Part shown: positions 61,914 through 64,000 of the stretch, in pieces | Layout: each line of letters starts with the position of its first letter | How positions within the stretch are numbered: the first letter of the stretch is position 1 | Origin: an uncultured Anaerolineae bacterium | Lineage (GTDB): Bacteria; Chloroflexota; Anaerolineae; CG2-30-64-16 | Assembly: GCA_937124585.1 (NCBI GenBank) | Contig: CAKZKT010000051.1 | Span: 16,398-80,397 of the forward strand | Reading direction: 5' to 3' | DNA: 64,000 nt | Made by a program: the position numbers and the translations under genes | The notes under the pieces: model-generated | The model's input: the letters and a program-made list of their open reading frames with translations, nothing else | The model's database searches: none | What the model was told of the DNA's origin: nothing

Positions 61914-63188
61914 CTACGTGCGCAATCCGTATGCTTCGGCCAGCACCTCGACCGTGTGAACGACATCCACGCCGGTATGCGCCGCGATGTTCCACCGACA
62001 TGTCTCATTGTCGCAGGTCGCCATCTTGGCCCCCGACGCTTTGATCCGCTCAAACAACGGCTTCCCCACCCCGTAGGCGATCTCGTATTTCTCGTGTTTG
62101 TAGCCGTAGGTGCCGGTGATCCCACAACAATCGGCGCCCATCTCCTCGACCGTCAGGCCGGGCACCAGGCTGAGCAGGTCCAGTGCCGGCCGGCCGATGC
62201 GATGGAGCTTCTGGTGGCATGAGGTGTGGTAGGGCAGGTAGCGATTCAGCGGCTTGAAGTCGGTCCGCAGGCGGCCGGCCTGATATTGCAGCCACAGGAA
62301 TTCGCAGATGTCGTAGACATGTTCGGCCACCAGCTGCGCCTCCGCGGTGTGAATGCCGAGCAGTTCTCGATAATCGGACTTGAGCTCCAGGCCACAGCTG
62401 GTGCCGCCCACCACGATGGGGATCTCCTGGCCGGCATAGGGCGCCAGCTTGCGCAGATTGGCGAGGGCATAGCGTCGCGCCGCGGCGAAATTGCCGTTCG
62501 ACTGCATCGGCAGGCCGCAACAGTTTTGCTCCGGCAGCACCACCTCGAAGCCGTTATGCTCCAGCACGGCCACGATCGCGCGGCCGACCTCTTGCTCGTA
62601 ATGCTGCGTCGCGCAGCCGTGGAAATAGGCCACCTTCGGCGCGCCGGGCGGCGTGGGCGTCTTCTCCCGCTGATGCTGGCCGAAGAACCAGCTGCGGAAT
62701 TTATTGAAATGAAACGTGGGGAACGGCGCGCGGTGGTCAATGCCGAAGGTCTTCTCCAGCAACAGCCGCGCCGGCCTGAAGCGCATCATCGCGTTCGCCA
62801 GTGGTGCCACCAGGCCGCCCACCTGCCCCAACACCTCGTTGTAGCCGAATGCCGTGTTGCGCCACCACCGCAGATTCAGCGGGTTCTCCCGAAATTGCTG
62901 CTTGCGCAGTTCGGCCTTGGCCGCAGTGTTGATCTCCATCACCTTGACGCCATGCGGACATACGAGCGTGCAAATGCCGCAGCCCGAGCAATAATCCAGC
63001 GAATGGTCCGGCGATGGCAGGCCCGGATCTCGGAAACGCTGCGCCTGCGGGCCGACGTACTTCGGCCCCGGAAACAGATCGGTCAGCGGCACCACCGGGC
63101 ACGCGCTGGTACAGATGTTGCATTTGACGCACAGATCCGCAGTGCGTCGGATATCCTCGAGCAGACGAGGCGTGTAGAATTCGCTCAT
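61914..63188 (-). CDS. (Fe-S)-binding CCG-domain protein (GlpC/GlcF/LutA-like)
   Basis: Two CxxCxxCxxxCP ferredoxin motifs plus two CCG domains. Confidence 0.7.
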   Translation of the reverse strand: MSEFYTPRLLEDIRRTADLCVKCNICTSACPVVPLTDLFPGPKYVGPQAQRFRDPGLPSPDHSLDYCSGCGICTLVCPHGVKVMEINTAAKAELRKQQFRENPLNLRWWRNTAFGYNEVLGQVGGLVAPLANAMMRFRPARLLLEKTFGIDHRAPFPTFHFNKFRSWFFGQHQREKTPTPPGAPKVAYFHGCATQHYEQEVGRAIVAVLEHNGFEVVLPEQNCCGLPMQSNGNFAAARRYALANLRKLAPYAGQEIPIVVGGTSCGLELKSDYRELLGIHTAEAQLVAEHVYDICEFLWLQYQAGRLRTDFKPLNRYLPYHTSCHQKLHRIGRPALDLLSLVPGLTVEEMGADCCGITGTYGYKHEKYEIAYGVGKPLFERIKASGAKMATCDNETCRWNIAAHTGVDVVHTVEVLAEAYGLRT

Positions 63189-63203
63189 GGGAGATTTCGA
63201 TTT

Positions 63204-64000
63204 CTAGAGAACCTCGACATCGTGCGGCTTGCTTTCGACCATGCCCGCCTGGGTGATCATCATGAACTCCGCGTTGGCCTGCAGCTCCTCGATGTTGCGG
63301 GCGCCGCCGTAGCTGAGCCCGGAGCGCAGCCCACCGACGAGCTGATGGAGCAGATCGTTCACCGTGCCGCGATAGGGCACAGCCGCCTCGACCCCCTCGG
63401 CCACCACGCGCGCCCAACTCGGATCATCGCCTTCTGATTCGACCTGCCGATCGGGCCGGTCTATGGCCGCGCCCAACGAGGCCATGCCGCGGCTCACCTT
63501 CGTGCGTCGGCCGTTGCGCAGCACCACCACGCCCGGGCTTTCGTCCGTTCCGGCCAGCAGGCTGCCGATCATCACACTGCTGGCGCCTGCAGCCAGCGCC
63601 TTGACCACATCGCCCGAATTCCGGATGCCGCCGTCCGCGATGATCGGCACGTCGTAGGGCGCCGCAGCTTCGGCGCACTCGGCCACCGCGCTGAGCTGCG
63701 GCACGCCGAAACCGGTCACGATGCGCGTGATACAGATCGAGCCCGGCCCCACACCCACCTTTACCGCGTCGGCGCCAGCCTCGATCAAATCGCGCGTGCC
63801 CTCGGCTGTGGCCACGTTGCCGGCGACAATATCTATCTGTTCGAATGTTTTGCGCAGCGCGCGCACCGCGTTGATGGCATTGTCCGAATGGCCGTGCGCG
63901 ATGTCCACCACCAGCACGTCCACGCCCGCTTCGACCAGCAGGCCGGCGCGCTCCATGAAGCCCGGCTGTACGCCCACTGCCGCGCCCACGCGCAGCCGGC
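63204..64000 (-). CDS. guaB: IMP dehydrogenase (C-terminal part; N-terminus outside the window)
   Basis: ...[11 protein letters not shown]...[11 protein letters not shown]. Confidence 0.85.
   Translation of the reverse strand, partial: RLRVGAAVGVQPGFMERAGLLVEAGVDVLVVDIAHGHSDNAINAVRALRKTFEQIDIVAGNVATAEGTRDLIEAGADAVKVGVGPGSICITRIVTGFGVPQLSAVAECAEAAAPYDVPIIADGGIRNSGDVVKALAAGASSVMIGSLLAGTDESPGVVVLRNGRRTKVSRGMASLGAAIDRPDRQVESEGDDPSWARVVAEGVEAAVPYRGTVNDLLHQLVGGLRSGLSYGGARNIEELQANAEFMMITQAGMVESKPHDVEVL

Overview
High-GC bacterial chromosome segment, probably from a Chloroflexota-like organism: many lipoproteins with Pro/Thr/Ala-rich linkers, Rex, two DegV paralogs and a four-subunit 2-oxoacid:ferredoxin oxidoreductase. 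This is inferred from sequence only. Most of the window is ordinary housekeeping:
- Two paralogous peptide-type ABC importer operons (1549-7496 on the minus strand, 47990-54499 on the plus strand).
- A KorDABC operon plus a B12-radical SAM gene.
- rex, a MacAB-type efflux trio, lpd, an lhgO-like oxidase, pcp, a family-4 UDG, pepA, pth, mfd, tRNA-Pro(TGG) and tRNA-Arg(CCG).

The standout is a three-gene operon at 12718-17826, directly after tRNA-Pro and comEC, with its own near-consensus promoter:
- A 1071-aa protein carrying three RAMP/Cas7-like domains (IPGSTIKGAFRKR and LPSRSLKGLLRH motifs, three glycine-rich loops) around a ~300-aa helical insert.
- A translationally coupled Zn-ribbon protein.
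- A Cas6-like protein ending in a GRHTHFGCG glycine-rich loop.

No CRISPR array, cas1/cas2, cas10 or csm2/cmr5 lies anywhere in the 64 kb, so this looks like an orphan, single-polypeptide type III-like RAMP module.

Other notable items:
- A +1 frameshift inside a (V/P)VEK tandem-repeat linker of a substrate-binding lipoprotein.
- A family of GTGCCRGGCAC-stem palindromic elements, one of them a 3x tandem copy behind rex.
- A decay zone with a tyrosine-integrase C-terminal remnant and an internally deleted P-type ATPase that keeps a consensus promoter.
- An unannotated 39-aa membrane peptide behind a perfect sigma-70 promoter.
- Candidate Rex boxes.
- A GGATAA repeat cluster after mfd.

Coordinates anchored to the ORF track are exact; de novo elements are accurate to about +/-2 nt.
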